The translations under genes and the position numbers were made by a program. A stretch of DNA of 64,000 bases from positions 1 to 64,000 of the IMG/VR virus record IMGVR_UViG_3300005563_000031; one strand, written 5' to 3'. Within the stretch, counting starts at the first letter, position 1. Each line of letters begins with the position of its first letter. Of this stretch, positions 29,865-39,278 are shown piece by piece. The notes under the pieces were generated by a model. It did no database searches. It was given only the letters and a program-made list of their open reading frames with translations, and was not told the origin of the DNA. The DNA is from a virus.

Positions 29865-30902
29865 ATGAAAGCAAAAACAATCAAAGCCATCCTGCGCAAA
29901 AGGATTGACGCCTGGCTCAATACGATCGAGGACGAGGCGGTGCGCAAGCTCGTAAAGAACCGCACCATCGTAACCGGCGGTTGCATCGCCAGCATGTTGT
30001 TGCGCGAGCCGGTGAATGATTTTGATGTGTACTTCACCGACTACGAAACAACACTGGCGGTGGCGAAGTATTACGTCGACCGCTTCAAAGCCGCGCCTAA
30101 CAAAGGCATTCCGGTGTCGATGTTTGTATGCGACGGCAGCCCCGAGGATAAGTATGCGTGGGGTGATTACCCGCAAGAGATCCTCGACACCCGTGGCCGC
30201 CCGGATACGGAACCGGAAGGACACGTGCGCCGCGTACGCATCGTGGCAAAGTCAGCGGGTGTGGCGGGCGAGCTGAAAGAGGGCGAGAAGGCGAAGGATT
30301 ATCAATACTTCGAAGCGCGGCCCGACAACGAGGCGGCTGACTACGTACGCGGTGTCGTACAAGACCCCGCCGATGTGGAGGACTTGGTTGAGGACATCGA
30401 GGCGAAGCTGCCTACGGATGAGGACGACACCAAGCCTAAGTACCGGCCAGTGTTTCTTTCCACGAATGCCATCACGCTGTCGCACAAGATACAAATCGTG
30501 CTGCGGTTTTACGGTGATGCGGATGAGATCCACAAGAATTTTGACTTCGCGCACTGCACCTCGTACTGGACCTCGAAGGACGACAATTTGGTCCTGCGTC
30601 CGCACGCGATGGAAGCGCTGTTGACCAAGGAGCTGCGCTACATCGGCAGCAAGTACCCGGTGTGCTCGCTGATTCGGGTGCGCAAGTTCCTACAGCGCGG
30701 CTGGACAGTGAATGCCGGGCAGATCGTGAAGATGGCCATGCAGGTGTCGGAGTTGGATTTGACCGACGTGAAAGTCCTACAGGACCAACTCACCGGTGTG
30801 GATGTTGCCTACTTCTGCCAACTCGTGGAGCGCGTAAAAGAGAGCGATCCTGAGAAAGTTAACTCGGCCTATATAATAGAAATTATCGACCGGATGTTCT
30901 AA
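29865..30902 (+). CDS. Pol-beta superfamily nucleotidyltransferase (CCA/poly(A) polymerase-like head)
   Basis: VTGGCIASMLLREPVNDFDVYF, NFDFAHC, RVRKFLQRGW. Confidence 0.75.
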   Translation: MKAKTIKAILRKRIDAWLNTIEDEAVRKLVKNRTIVTGGCIASMLLREPVNDFDVYFTDYETTLAVAKYYVDRFKAAPNKGIPVSMFVCDGSPEDKYAWGDYPQEILDTRGRPDTEPEGHVRRVRIVAKSAGVAGELKEGEKAKDYQYFEARPDNEAADYVRGVVQDPADVEDLVEDIEAKLPTDEDDTKPKYRPVFLSTNAITLSHKIQIVLRFYGDADEIHKNFDFAHCTSYWTSKDDNLVLRPHAMEALLTKELRYIGSKYPVCSLIRVRKFLQRGWTVNAGQIVKMAMQVSELDLTDVKVLQDQLTGVDVAYFCQLVERVKESDPEKVNSAYIIEIIDRMF

Positions 30903-30903
30903 C

Positions 30904-31164
30904 ATGGTAGCTGCCGAGCGTGCTGAATTATACACGGGGTGGATGGTACTGGCGGTGCTCGCCGCGAGTGCGGTCGTAGTCGTTTACGACCGCGCGCACC
31001 CACACGCGCCCGTCGCTACCGAGCTGCAAGCAAACTGCCCGGCTTATAAAGCACGCATCCGGCAGTTGAACCAGCGCGAGGGGCTCGTTGACCTTACCAT
31101 ATCCGAGGACCGAGAGCGTGCCGCTGACTCTCAATACGTGCGCCGATGGTGCATAAGTCCTTGA
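30904..31164 (+). CDS. small membrane-anchored protein
   Basis: N-terminal TM helix. Confidence 0.55.
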   Translation: MVAAERAELYTGWMVLAVLAASAVVVVYDRAHPHAPVATELQANCPAYKARIRQLNQREGLVDLTISEDRERAADSQYVRRWCISP

Positions 31165-31199
31165 TTTAAAATCCCTTTATACGCATGCGTAATTTGGTA

Positions 31200-31228
31200 T
31201 TGCATTAGTATATAGACTATTTTACTAT
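31200..31228 (+). promoter_or_regulatory. sigma70-like promoter with the operator in inverted orientation
   Basis: TTGCAT-N17-TACTAT; spacer contains TAGTATATAGACTAT (31206-31220). Confidence 0.7.
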
Positions 31229-31268
31229 GCTCTCCACGCAACGCAGATTCACCCGGAGTTCCGCACAC

Positions 31269-31541
31269 ATGCCTACTGTCGCTCAACGCATCGTCGAGGA
31301 ATTGCAGCAACAGCGCGAGCTACTGTTGTCGTTCCGCACCGGTCCCGGCAACTACGACATCACCGGGCTGTTCAACGAGCTGACCCGGCGCAACGGACGC
31401 CCGCTCGACGCAACGGCGCTGCAGTACTGGGGCCAGCAAATTGTTGCCGTGCTGCGCGAAGTGGAAGACGCGGCGGGCCTCGCTAAAAACCAAGCCGCTT
31501 TCAAAAAGCTGTACGCAGCCGTAAAGGCAGCACAGCGATGA
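31269..31541 (+). CDS. hypothetical protein
   Basis: CCGGAGTT RBS after promoter. Confidence 0.65.
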   Translation: MPTVAQRIVEELQQQRELLLSFRTGPGNYDITGLFNELTRRNGRPLDATALQYWGQQIVAVLREVEDAAGLAKNQAAFKKLYAAVKAAQR

Positions 31542-31656
31542 TATTCAAAATCGCACAGTACCTCATGTACCTCGCTATTGCGGGCGCGTTCATCTGTATG
31601 TTTGTTGTCGCTGCCTGCTTCCCGCACTAAACCAACAGTCTACCGGAGTTCCTAAC

Positions 31657-32427
31657 ATGACCAACGACAAAGTTCTCAGCAAAATCCGCAAGATGCTAGA
31701 GCTTGCTGGCAATGCGGGCGCGACCGAGGGCGAACGCGCAAACGCGCTCTCACAAGCCCACAAGTGGATCGCGAAATACAACATCGACATGGCGACTGCC
31801 ATGCAAGGTGTCGGGGAAGCGAGGAACGCAGCGGCGGACGAAAAGCGCACGCAAACCTGCGAGAAATACTTTGGCGAGGTGTGGGCGCGGCAGGTCTCGC
31901 ACGCTATCGGGGGTCTCTTTTTCTGCAAATACTTCTTCGCGAGCCTTGGCGCCAACACCTCGAACGTGCTTCACACCTTCGTCGGACGCGAGTCCAACAC
32001 CGTCACGGCGATGGAAGTCGCGCGCTACGTCGTGAATTCGATCTACAAAGAGGCGATGACCTACAAGCGCGATCACGGCCTCCATTACAGCGACTATCGC
32101 GCGTTTGCGAACGGCGCAATGAAAAAGGTAGTCGCGCGGTGCTTTCAACTAAAGGACAAACCGGAAGTGGAGGAGGAACAAAAGCAGCTTACGAACGGAG
32201 CAGGCACCGCGCTCGTACTCGCCAACTTCTACAAAACGGAAGAGGAAGCCAACGCCGAATACGTCAAGCGGCTGTTGGGCGAACTGCGCAAGTCAAAGGG
32301 GCACACGAAAGCACTTAGGAATCGTGACGCCATTAACGCAGGTTACGCGTATGGCGATAAGGTGTCGCTGAATCCACAGCTTGGCGGTGCTAAACCGGCC
32401 GCCGAATCTCAGCGCCTCACCAAATAA
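31657..32427 (+). CDS. DUF2786-domain protein
   Basis: KVLSKIRKMLELA...EGERANALSQAHKWIAKYNID; GYAYGDKVSLN C-terminus. Confidence 0.8.
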   Translation: MTNDKVLSKIRKMLELAGNAGATEGERANALSQAHKWIAKYNIDMATAMQGVGEARNAAADEKRTQTCEKYFGEVWARQVSHAIGGLFFCKYFFASLGANTSNVLHTFVGRESNTVTAMEVARYVVNSIYKEAMTYKRDHGLHYSDYRAFANGAMKKVVARCFQLKDKPEVEEEQKQLTNGAGTALVLANFYKTEEEANAEYVKRLLGELRKSKGHTKALRNRDAINAGYAYGDKVSLNPQLGGAKPAAESQRLTK

Positions 32428-32441
32428 GGTATAACATCGCC

Positions 32442-32747
32442 ATGCCTGCCCAAACACAATCCGACATCATCTTCACCCTCCTCGGTAAGTTCATTGCCGA
32501 GGAGGTGTCGAGCAAAAGCGTAGCTCTCGCCGCCGGCAGTCCGATGGCGCAGGAGTGGCGAGACCTACGCATAGCATGTGGGGTATTCGGATACCCCACA
32601 GCCAAAGAAGTGGAGGTAAAACTACGCGAAATTCTATACGCTGGACACGAAAACAAACATGCCAAAGCACTCGTGCGCGTCGCCACGCTGATATCGTCGG
32701 GCAACGCAGCCGAGGCACTTGCTATTACACAAGAGGCCCTTAAATGA
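32442..32747 (+). CDS. hypothetical protein
   Basis: ORF with RBS in operon. Confidence 0.6.
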   Translation: MPAQTQSDIIFTLLGKFIAEEVSSKSVALAAGSPMAQEWRDLRIACGVFGYPTAKEVEVKLREILYAGHENKHAKALVRVATLISSGNAAEALAITQEALK

Positions 32748-33808
32748 GTACCAAGCACGTTACTCCTCGGGACGTCACAAAGGAACTACGACCCCTCATG
32801 CGCCTATCCCTAGATCAGGGTTGGCGACACGAACGCACATCCAACAACCACATAAAGTGGATTTCACCCACAGGAGGACTCGTACACAGCGGACAAATAC
32901 GCGGCTCGGGCGACTTTCGCGCGCTGCGCAATCTCAAGTCAGATCTCGTCAAAAACGGACTACGAGTAGAGGAGGAAGGAAGAACCGTGTCCGCCGGTTG
33001 TTGCCCGCACGGTATTAGTTACCGCGAGCTGGCGAAAGGTATAAGAATCTGCGAAGCATGCGTCGACGCGTCCAAAACACCGCTCGGCCAGACTGTGCAA
33101 GCGCTCGCTGAGGCTGGGATCGCGGGCGAGGCGGTAGCAACCGCCGGCCCCACACCCACGACGCTCGGGGAGGCGATCCGGGCCGCAATGCATCCGGAGC
33201 AAACCGTGGTCGTCGTAACGGACACAGATGCCACCGTTCTCGAACGCAACGCCACCGAAAACACGCGCACGATTGAAGTGCGTGCGGTCGTGCAGGCGGT
33301 ACTCGCAGCGCTACCCACTCGACAGTTTCGTACCGAGCAAATTATCACGCAGGCACGAGGACGGCTCGGGAACGTCGCCTCGCGCGAAGTTAGTTACGCG
33401 TTGCGTGTGCTGAAAGCGAAAGGCGTAGTTGTAAACCGCCGGCACGGCGTGTGGCAGTGGGCATGTGTGACGGAGTTCGACCTTGCCTCCATTAATGTGC
33501 CTGCCACGCCTCCCGCACTTGCTACACCCCCTCCGGTACAAACAACACTTATTGAGGAATCCACTATGGCCGCCACCGTGACACCGATAACCACAACCCA
33601 ACAACCCGTAGCCCCTGCGCCAAAAACCGCTGTAACACCCGCTGTGTCTAGCACAGACGACGATCTACGAGTCATTGACGATGCGCTCGAAGCGTTGTCG
33701 AAAGTCGAGCAGGTGTTCCGACGCTACAAGAAGCGCATCGAAAAGGGCCGGGCGATGCAAGCGGCGCTCGATGCATTTAAGGCGGCTGTCACTGAGGACG
33801 AGGAATAA
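32744..33808 (+). CDS. HicA-like N-terminal domain + wHTH + coiled-coil tail
   Basis: QGWRHERTSNNHIKWISPTG...DFRALRNLKSDL; EVSYALRVLKAKGVVVNRRHGVWQ; internal start at 33566. Confidence 0.55.
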   Translation: MSTKHVTPRDVTKELRPLMRLSLDQGWRHERTSNNHIKWISPTGGLVHSGQIRGSGDFRALRNLKSDLVKNGLRVEEEGRTVSAGCCPHGISYRELAKGIRICEACVDASKTPLGQTVQALAEAGIAGEAVATAGPTPTTLGEAIRAAMHPEQTVVVVTDTDATVLERNATENTRTIEVRAVVQAVLAALPTRQFRTEQIITQARGRLGNVASREVSYALRVLKAKGVVVNRRHGVWQWACVTEFDLASINVPATPPALATPPPVQTTLIEESTMAATVTPITTTQQPVAPAPKTAVTPAVSSTDDDLRVIDDALEALSKVEQVFRRYKKRIEKGRAMQAALDAFKAAVTEDEE

Positions 33809-33813
33809 GGTCG

Positions 33814-34056
33814 ATGCCTATGGCTCCCCACGGTGCGGGCCCTTGCTACGTGTGCGGACGTACGCACCCTGGGGAGCTTTGTGACGGAACAAAGATAAAG
33901 GTTTGCAATACCCGGCACTGTACGGTAACGGATGCAATCTTTACCTGCCAGGGCTGCGCCGCGAAGTGCTGCTGCCACACGTGCGCGGTGTCGCTTGCAG
34001 ACGGGTTATTCTGCTACGACTGCCGCCCGGCGGTAGACGACCGAATACTAGGCTAG
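33814..34056 (+). CDS. Cys-rich Zn-finger protein
   Basis: multiple CxxC. Confidence 0.55.
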   Translation: MPMAPHGAGPCYVCGRTHPGELCDGTKIKVCNTRHCTVTDAIFTCQGCAAKCCCHTCAVSLADGLFCYDCRPAVDDRILG

Positions 34057-34065
34057 ATTCTACGC

Positions 34066-34095
34066 TTGCATCCTAGATAGATAGTCTATATACTA
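34066..34095 (+). promoter_or_regulatory. sigma70-like promoter with operator
   Basis: TTGCAT-N17-TATACT; ATAGTCTATATACTA 34081-34095. Confidence 0.75.
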
Positions 34096-34237
34096 TTCCC
34101 ACAGTAACCGGAGTCCACGCCATGTTTAACGTCACCCTTCGTAGCTTGCCCATGTCCGCTTTCTCAGGTCCGCGCAAGCGTTGTGCAAAAGCAACCAAAA
34201 CCGTTGCTAAGCGCGAGAAGAAGGCAAAGGTGCGCAA

Positions 34238-34501
34238 ATGAGCACCACCCATACATTTTACGCCAGCACGTGTCCTTCATGCACTCGCATGCCGAATAGC
34301 CCCGGTCTGCAAGCTCGTAACGAGCGGGGCCGGCTAGTGCAGGGCTGCGTGGATGAATTCCATACAGGACACGTTATGGGTGAAGCTGCTATTTGGCATA
34401 ATCGTCCCGAAGCTAAAAAACTGCGCGCTGCCCTCAAATTGGGGCGGCGAGGCGGCGTCACGCTTTTTGCACCGGCTGCTAGAATCTCGCTTGCACCTTA
34501 G
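34238..34501 (+). CDS. hypothetical protein
   Basis: coupled to an upstream 39-aa basic ORF at 34122-34241. Confidence 0.55.
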   Translation: MSTTHTFYASTCPSCTRMPNSPGLQARNERGRLVQGCVDEFHTGHVMGEAAIWHNRPEAKKLRAALKLGRRGGVTLFAPAARISLAP

Positions 34502-34520
34502 GTAATTAGTCTATATACTA
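34491..34520 (+). promoter_or_regulatory. sigma70-like promoter with operator
   Basis: TTGCAC-N17-TATACT; TTAGTCTATATACTA 34506-34520. Confidence 0.75.
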
Positions 34521-34908
34521 TCCCTACGTTATCAAAACAGCCCGGAGTTACCGCCCCCATGTCCGCTAAGCACCTGCCCATCGAAAAGAACGGCAAAACC
34601 GTCCCGGCTTGCGATACGCAGAAAAAGAATACCGCACACCTGCGATTTTCTACGGACGGTCAAACTTCTTGCCGACGCTGCATGCGCGTCGCCGGCTACA
34701 ACTACAACCCTTAACGCTATTTCCACAGTAACCGGAGCCCGTATCATGTCCGTATTTGAACTAGGGTATACGCTCGACGAATTCACCGCCGAGGTGAATC
34801 GCGAGTCTCGGATCCAGTACACCACCGAGCAGACGGCACCGTTTTGGAATCGGGGCCAATCCCCCGCCCATGCACGTGCCGTGCTGTCGCGTAGGGGAGT
34901 GTAAGACC

Positions 34909-35121
34909 ATGTCCAACGTACGGCGGCCTAAACACACGGTGCAAGAATATCTTGCACTGCAAAAAGACCCGGCAGCTATGCAAGCTGCTGCAGAAACGAC
35001 GCGCCGGCTGTTTAGCGCGGTACAGCACCACGATCTCGAGTGTCCTTGCGAGCACTGCGTGGAGTACAGCGAAGCCGCTAATATCCTGTATGCGGACGTT
35101 ACAGAGGAGTTAAACGGATGA
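34909..35121 (+). CDS. hypothetical protein
   Basis: GGGGAG RBS; H..ECPCEHC. Confidence 0.55.
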   Translation: MSNVRRPKHTVQEYLALQKDPAAMQAAAETTRRLFSAVQHHDLECPCEHCVEYSEAANILYADVTEELNG

Positions 35122-35420
35122 CCGCCCCTACCTACGCCTCGGTTCTCTTTAACTGCGACAACGAGCACAAAACGATCGTCAGCGAGCTAAGTACGCTTAC
35201 GCACGGCGGTACGATTGAGCATCTTGCCGGTGCGCTCGACAACGGCTGTGACGGATTCGCTATCCGCAGCGACCAGGGCAAGCTCGCTGTATTCCAAATA
35301 CAGCGCACGCATCGCGACGCGGACAATGACGTTACGCACTGGACCTTTGAACCCACGAATGCCACGCTACGCGCTTCTCCGCGTCTTACAGGCTATATCG
35401 TAACGGTGCTCAATGACTAA
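35118..35420 (+). CDS. hypothetical protein
   Basis: GAGGAG RBS; ATGA coupling. Confidence 0.65.
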   Translation: MTAPTYASVLFNCDNEHKTIVSELSTLTHGGTIEHLAGALDNGCDGFAIRSDQGKLAVFQIQRTHRDADNDVTHWTFEPTNATLRASPRLTGYIVTVLND

Positions 35421-35853
35421 CTTCGACGCTGCGCCCCCGTGCGCAATTTGTAGTAATCACCGCGATGCGAATGTGCATTTAGCGCAGTACCGTTACAGCG
35501 GTTATCACGAGTACAGCGCGCAGCTACCTATTATCGACGCACCTGCGATTGCGCAAGAGCAATTTCCACCACCGAAGGAGTTCCCATCCATGTCCACCCC
35601 TGAAACAGTCGATTTGAGCGACGAACCGACGCGCGCTAGCAGCCCGAAACCGAGCGAATGCAAATACCCTGAAGTCGTCGTGGCGCTAGTCGGCGGCGAC
35701 GGCAACGCGTGCGCTGTGCTCGGCGCAGTGCAAAAGGCGCTGCGCCGAGCGGGCGTAGCGAGAGAGGAGATTTCGCAGTACATCGCAGAGGCGACAAATG
35801 GCGACTACGACCACCTACTTGCTACGACGATGCGATGGGTAACAGCCAAATAG
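35413..35853 (+). CDS. conserved phage protein (DGNAxAVLG...GDYDHLL type)
   Basis: LVGGDGNACAVLGAVQKALRRAG...GDYDHLL; internal RBS+ATG at 35590. Confidence 0.7.
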   Translation: MTNFDAAPPCAICSNHRDANVHLAQYRYSGYHEYSAQLPIIDAPAIAQEQFPPPKEFPSMSTPETVDLSDEPTRASSPKPSECKYPEVVVALVGGDGNACAVLGAVQKALRRAGVAREEISQYIAEATNGDYDHLLATTMRWVTAK

Positions 35854-35931
35854 GAGGTCGATTGGTCTGCACGGGTAGACGCCGCCGCCGGGCGGCGTTT
35901 TACTGAATCTCGACTTTTTTAAAATCTCCAC

Positions 35932-35960
35932 TTGCAATTAGGAAAATAGTCTATATACTA
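35932..35960 (+). promoter_or_regulatory. sigma70-like promoter with operator
   Basis: TTGCAA...TATACT; ATAGTCTATATACTA 35946-35960. Confidence 0.7.
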
Positions 35961-36002
35961 ATCCTCAGTCGATAACGTTTACCTAGTCCGGAGTTCCGTA
36001 CC

Positions 36003-36440
36003 ATGTCTTATCCGAACGTCCCCAAAGGTCTCCAAAACAAAGCCACCGGCGAACTGCGACAGATCCTTGTCAACGCGCTGCGTAAGTACAACCTTCCCGC
36101 TTCCTGGGGCAGCATCAACGGCAAAGACATCAAAAACGTCCGCAACCCAATCACACTCCTCGAGCGCATCGACGAGCTATGCAACGAGTTCGCCCTGAAT
36201 GTTAGCGATAGCGGCGAGCTGTTTCAGCCCCTCATCGATGCCAAGCGCGCGGAATGCCCTACCTACCGTATCGAAATTAGCGAGCAGCAACGCACGTTGT
36301 TGGAGCGAGCCGCGAAGGCGCTCATCAACAACGGTGTGCTCACGATACCACAACGCAATGAACTGGAAGCGTTACGCGACATGCTCGCGGCACTACCCGG
36401 CACCGGCAAACCCGGCGATCTACACGGTTTTACGCTCTAA
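36003..36440 (+). CDS. hypothetical protein
   Basis: CCGGAGTT RBS. Confidence 0.65.
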   Translation: MSYPNVPKGLQNKATGELRQILVNALRKYNLPASWGSINGKDIKNVRNPITLLERIDELCNEFALNVSDSGELFQPLIDAKRAECPTYRIEISEQQRTLLERAAKALINNGVLTIPQRNELEALRDMLAALPGTGKPGDLHGFTL

Positions 36441-36471
36441 CACACAACGACGACACCTCAGGAGACACAAC

Positions 36472-37587
36472 ATGAAAGTCGGTTCCACACTCGAGAAGAT
36501 TGAGGCGGAAATTCACCGCCGCGTCGACGCCAAGCGCGATCTCATCGTGCCGGTAACGAAGATGCACTTTGATTTCGCAACCGTCGAGGTGCCGAATTCC
36601 GAACCCGCACACAGAATCTACATGGCGGTGGGTAACGAGCAGTTTGCCATCCAGCAGCACGCGCACCAGCAGCTGATCGAGTTCACGAAGATCCCCGGCG
36701 ACTACTACAAGAAGTTGATGGCCGAGGATCCAGAGCTGCTCGTGACCAATCTCAACCGTCGCGTACCGCGCGTGCCGGAAAAGCGCCGCATGGTACGCCT
36801 ACTCGACAACAAAGTGCGCGCGGTGCTGTCGGACGGCTACCGCCGCTTTGATAACGAGGATTTTGCGGCCGCCATCGTGCCGTTGCTGAAGACAATGGAC
36901 TTGCAGGTCCTCTCGGCCGAGCTGACCGACTCGCGACTGTACTTCAAAGCTGTCGACCAGGCTATTGCGGTCGACGTACCGACCGGTGTCGCGATGGGCG
37001 ACGGGGGCCACACGATTTTTGACACGATCTGCCCGGCGCTGTCGATTGCTAACAGCGAAATCGGAATGGGCGCAGTCGTTGTTGAAACCGGCACTTACAC
37101 GAAAGCATGCACGAACCTCGCGTTGTTTGGACCCACGAACGGCGGTATCCGCCGCAATCATGCCGGCGCGCGAGCGGAATTGTCCGACGACGTGTACGCA
37201 CTGCTCACGGACGAAACGAAGCAACTTACGGACGCAGCGGTGTGGGCACAGATCCGCGATGTTATCAAGGGCGCGTGGAGCGAGGAACGTATCCGGGCGC
37301 GGGCCGCGAAGCTCGGGGAGACAACGAAGGACAAGATCGAGGACGTGGAGGAGGCGGTGGTAACACTCGCGAAGACCTACACGCTGTCACAGGACGAGCG
37401 CAAGGGCATCATGCACCAACTCATTCGCGGCGGCGATCTCACCCGCTACGGCATGCACTCGGCCGTAACGCGCTTCTCGCAGGACGTTGAGAACTACGAC
37501 CGCGCAACGTTCCTCGAACAACTCGGCGGCAAGATTATCGACCTGCCGAAGAAGGACTGGAGTGCCATTAACAGAAAGGCGGCTTAA
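36472..37587 (+). CDS. DUF932/DUF945-like phage protein
   Basis: RAVLSDGYRRFDN, IANSEIGMG, ACTNL, RRNHAG; AGGAG RBS. Confidence 0.75.
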   Translation: MKVGSTLEKIEAEIHRRVDAKRDLIVPVTKMHFDFATVEVPNSEPAHRIYMAVGNEQFAIQQHAHQQLIEFTKIPGDYYKKLMAEDPELLVTNLNRRVPRVPEKRRMVRLLDNKVRAVLSDGYRRFDNEDFAAAIVPLLKTMDLQVLSAELTDSRLYFKAVDQAIAVDVPTGVAMGDGGHTIFDTICPALSIANSEIGMGAVVVETGTYTKACTNLALFGPTNGGIRRNHAGARAELSDDVYALLTDETKQLTDAAVWAQIRDVIKGAWSEERIRARAAKLGETTKDKIEDVEEAVVTLAKTYTLSQDERKGIMHQLIRGGDLTRYGMHSAVTRFSQDVENYDRATFLEQLGGKIIDLPKKDWSAINRKAA

Positions 37588-37599
37588 CTGCAAGGCCAA

Positions 37600-37635
37600 T
37601 ACAGTGCGGAAACGGGAAATCGTTTCCGCACTGTA
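37600..37635 (+). terminator. strong hairpin after the DUF932 gene
   Basis: TACAGTGCGGAAACG-N7-CGTTTCCGCACTGTA 15-bp stem; no U tract. Confidence 0.55.
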
Positions 37636-37936
37636 AGGAGTACACACGTGGAACTCAACACACTCGGATACGCGTGGTATGCATGGCATTTGCAGTACTT
37701 CGTGAAACCGGGTTTTTGTTATAGTTTTGATATTCGTCGCAGCCCTCACCGCCACATGCACGCCCTCGGCTGCGGGTATCGCACAGCAATGGCTGTCGCA
37801 ACCTTCCGCAAGCGCCAGGTATAGTCTCAATAGCACGGGGCACACAGTGTCCGTTGTCCTGAGAATATTTCCCCCCGTATCCTTAGTAACCGTCCGGGCG
37901 ATAACGCCCGGCGTGCTCTTACACTAAGGAGACCGC

Positions 37937-38254
37937 ATGTCCAAGTGCACCTGCTTTAATGATAATGGTATGCCGCACGGGGATGGTGGATGCCTCGAAC
38001 ATCCGCGCTACATCCGTATTGCACTACTGCGTGCGAACCACCCCGACGAGCACAACCAGGTGTTTGCTTCCGAAGCACTCGTACATATGCACGACGGCAA
38101 ACGCCTTTTCTACGACGTTACAGCGCGTGTACTGTGGTGGTTTGGACCCCTTCACGAATGCATGCACCCGGTACAGCCACGTGCGCACATAACCGTCCCC
38201 ACAGCCGTGCACGTACACCTCACCCGTCACCACAAACACCCGCATGGACAGTGA
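37937..38254 (+). CDS. His/Cys-rich hypothetical protein
   Basis: AAGGAG RBS. Confidence 0.55.
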   Translation: MSKCTCFNDNGMPHGDGGCLEHPRYIRIALLRANHPDEHNQVFASEALVHMHDGKRLFYDVTARVLWWFGPLHECMHPVQPRAHITVPTAVHVHLTRHHKHPHGQ

Positions 38255-38681
38255 AACGTTTGACTATCGCTGGGGTCGTAAGCTCACCGCGTTAAAAGGT
38301 TGGGCGGAATATGTTGACCTCAATTGGTCTCCCGACCGCGCCTACGGTTACGACGCACCCAAATGCAGTTGCGTGGTAGAAAATGGCGTTGTAATGCGCC
38401 AATGTTGGAAGCATTTCAACGAAACCTATTATGGATCTAGTAGTGCATCCGGTATAGGTAAATCAACAACAACGCACACCGGAGTTCACGACGATGCCGA
38501 AGTTACACGAAATCCTCGCGGCCGAAAAAATTCCAACCGCCGCGTGGAAGACGATGGTGCAAGAAACACTCAAAAAGTTCAAAGCACCGGACAGCTTTTT
38601 CCACGGGCACAGCAAAAGCCTGACGATGCTCGATCAGGAGGACCCGAAGTCGAAGGTAATCGAAGCGCAGAACCGTTCTGA
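38244..38681 (+). CDS. hypothetical protein
   Basis: coupled start; tail runs 188 nt into the next gene. Confidence 0.45.
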   Translation: MDSETFDYRWGRKLTALKGWAEYVDLNWSPDRAYGYDAPKCSCVVENGVVMRQCWKHFNETYYGSSSASGIGKSTTTHTGVHDDAEVTRNPRGRKNSNRRVEDDGARNTQKVQSTGQLFPRAQQKPDDARSGGPEVEGNRSAEPF

Positions 38682-39276
38682 GAAGCCGGTCACGACGACA
38701 GTCGCAGAGACGTTGGAATATGCCTTCGACCTGTTCGCGCGCAACGAGGACACGCAGTTACTGAAGAACCTCGGCAACGCCGAAGCACGCGGCACCATCT
38801 ATTTGCACGGTGCGGTGCTCGCTGCCGATGTGCCAGTTGATTCGTTGCTCGGTATCGAGAGCCGGCTGCAGGAAGTGAAGCAGCTGTTGCTCGCCATGCC
38901 TACACTCGATGCGACCAAGCACTGGGACCGCGCCGACCACATCGGCGAGTATGTGTGGGAGATAAAGTACCCGGAGGAATCGGCAAAAACAGCGAAGACC
39001 GCCAAGGCGGTCACACTGTCGCCGGCCACGAAGGAACACCCGGCGAACGTACAGTTGGTGCACGAGGATGTGCCGGTGGGCAAGTTCACGACCATCGCGC
39101 GCTCGGGCGAGTGCACGGCGGCGGAGAAAGCGGAAGCGATCAAGAACATCGACCTGATCATCACTGAGGTGAAGCGGGCACGGGTGCGCACCAACGAGAT
39201 CGAGGTGAAGGTGGCGACCATCGGCGATAAGCTGGTAAAAGCCATTCTCGAGCCGTTGCGGCGCGTGAATTTGTAA
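38494..39276 (+). CDS. uncharacterised elongated coiled-coil protein adjacent to a tRNA-like ncRNA
   Basis: CCGGAGTT RBS; MPKLHEILAAEK, MPTLD, PATKEHPANV, VKRARVRTN; strong phage codon bias. Confidence 0.85.
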   Translation: MPKLHEILAAEKIPTAAWKTMVQETLKKFKAPDSFFHGHSKSLTMLDQEDPKSKVIEAQNRSEKPVTTTVAETLEYAFDLFARNEDTQLLKNLGNAEARGTIYLHGAVLAADVPVDSLLGIESRLQEVKQLLLAMPTLDATKHWDRADHIGEYVWEIKYPEESAKTAKTAKAVTLSPATKEHPANVQLVHEDVPVGKFTTIARSGECTAAEKAEAIKNIDLIITEVKRARVRTNEIEVKVATIGDKLVKAILEPLRRVNL

Positions 39277-39278
39277 CG

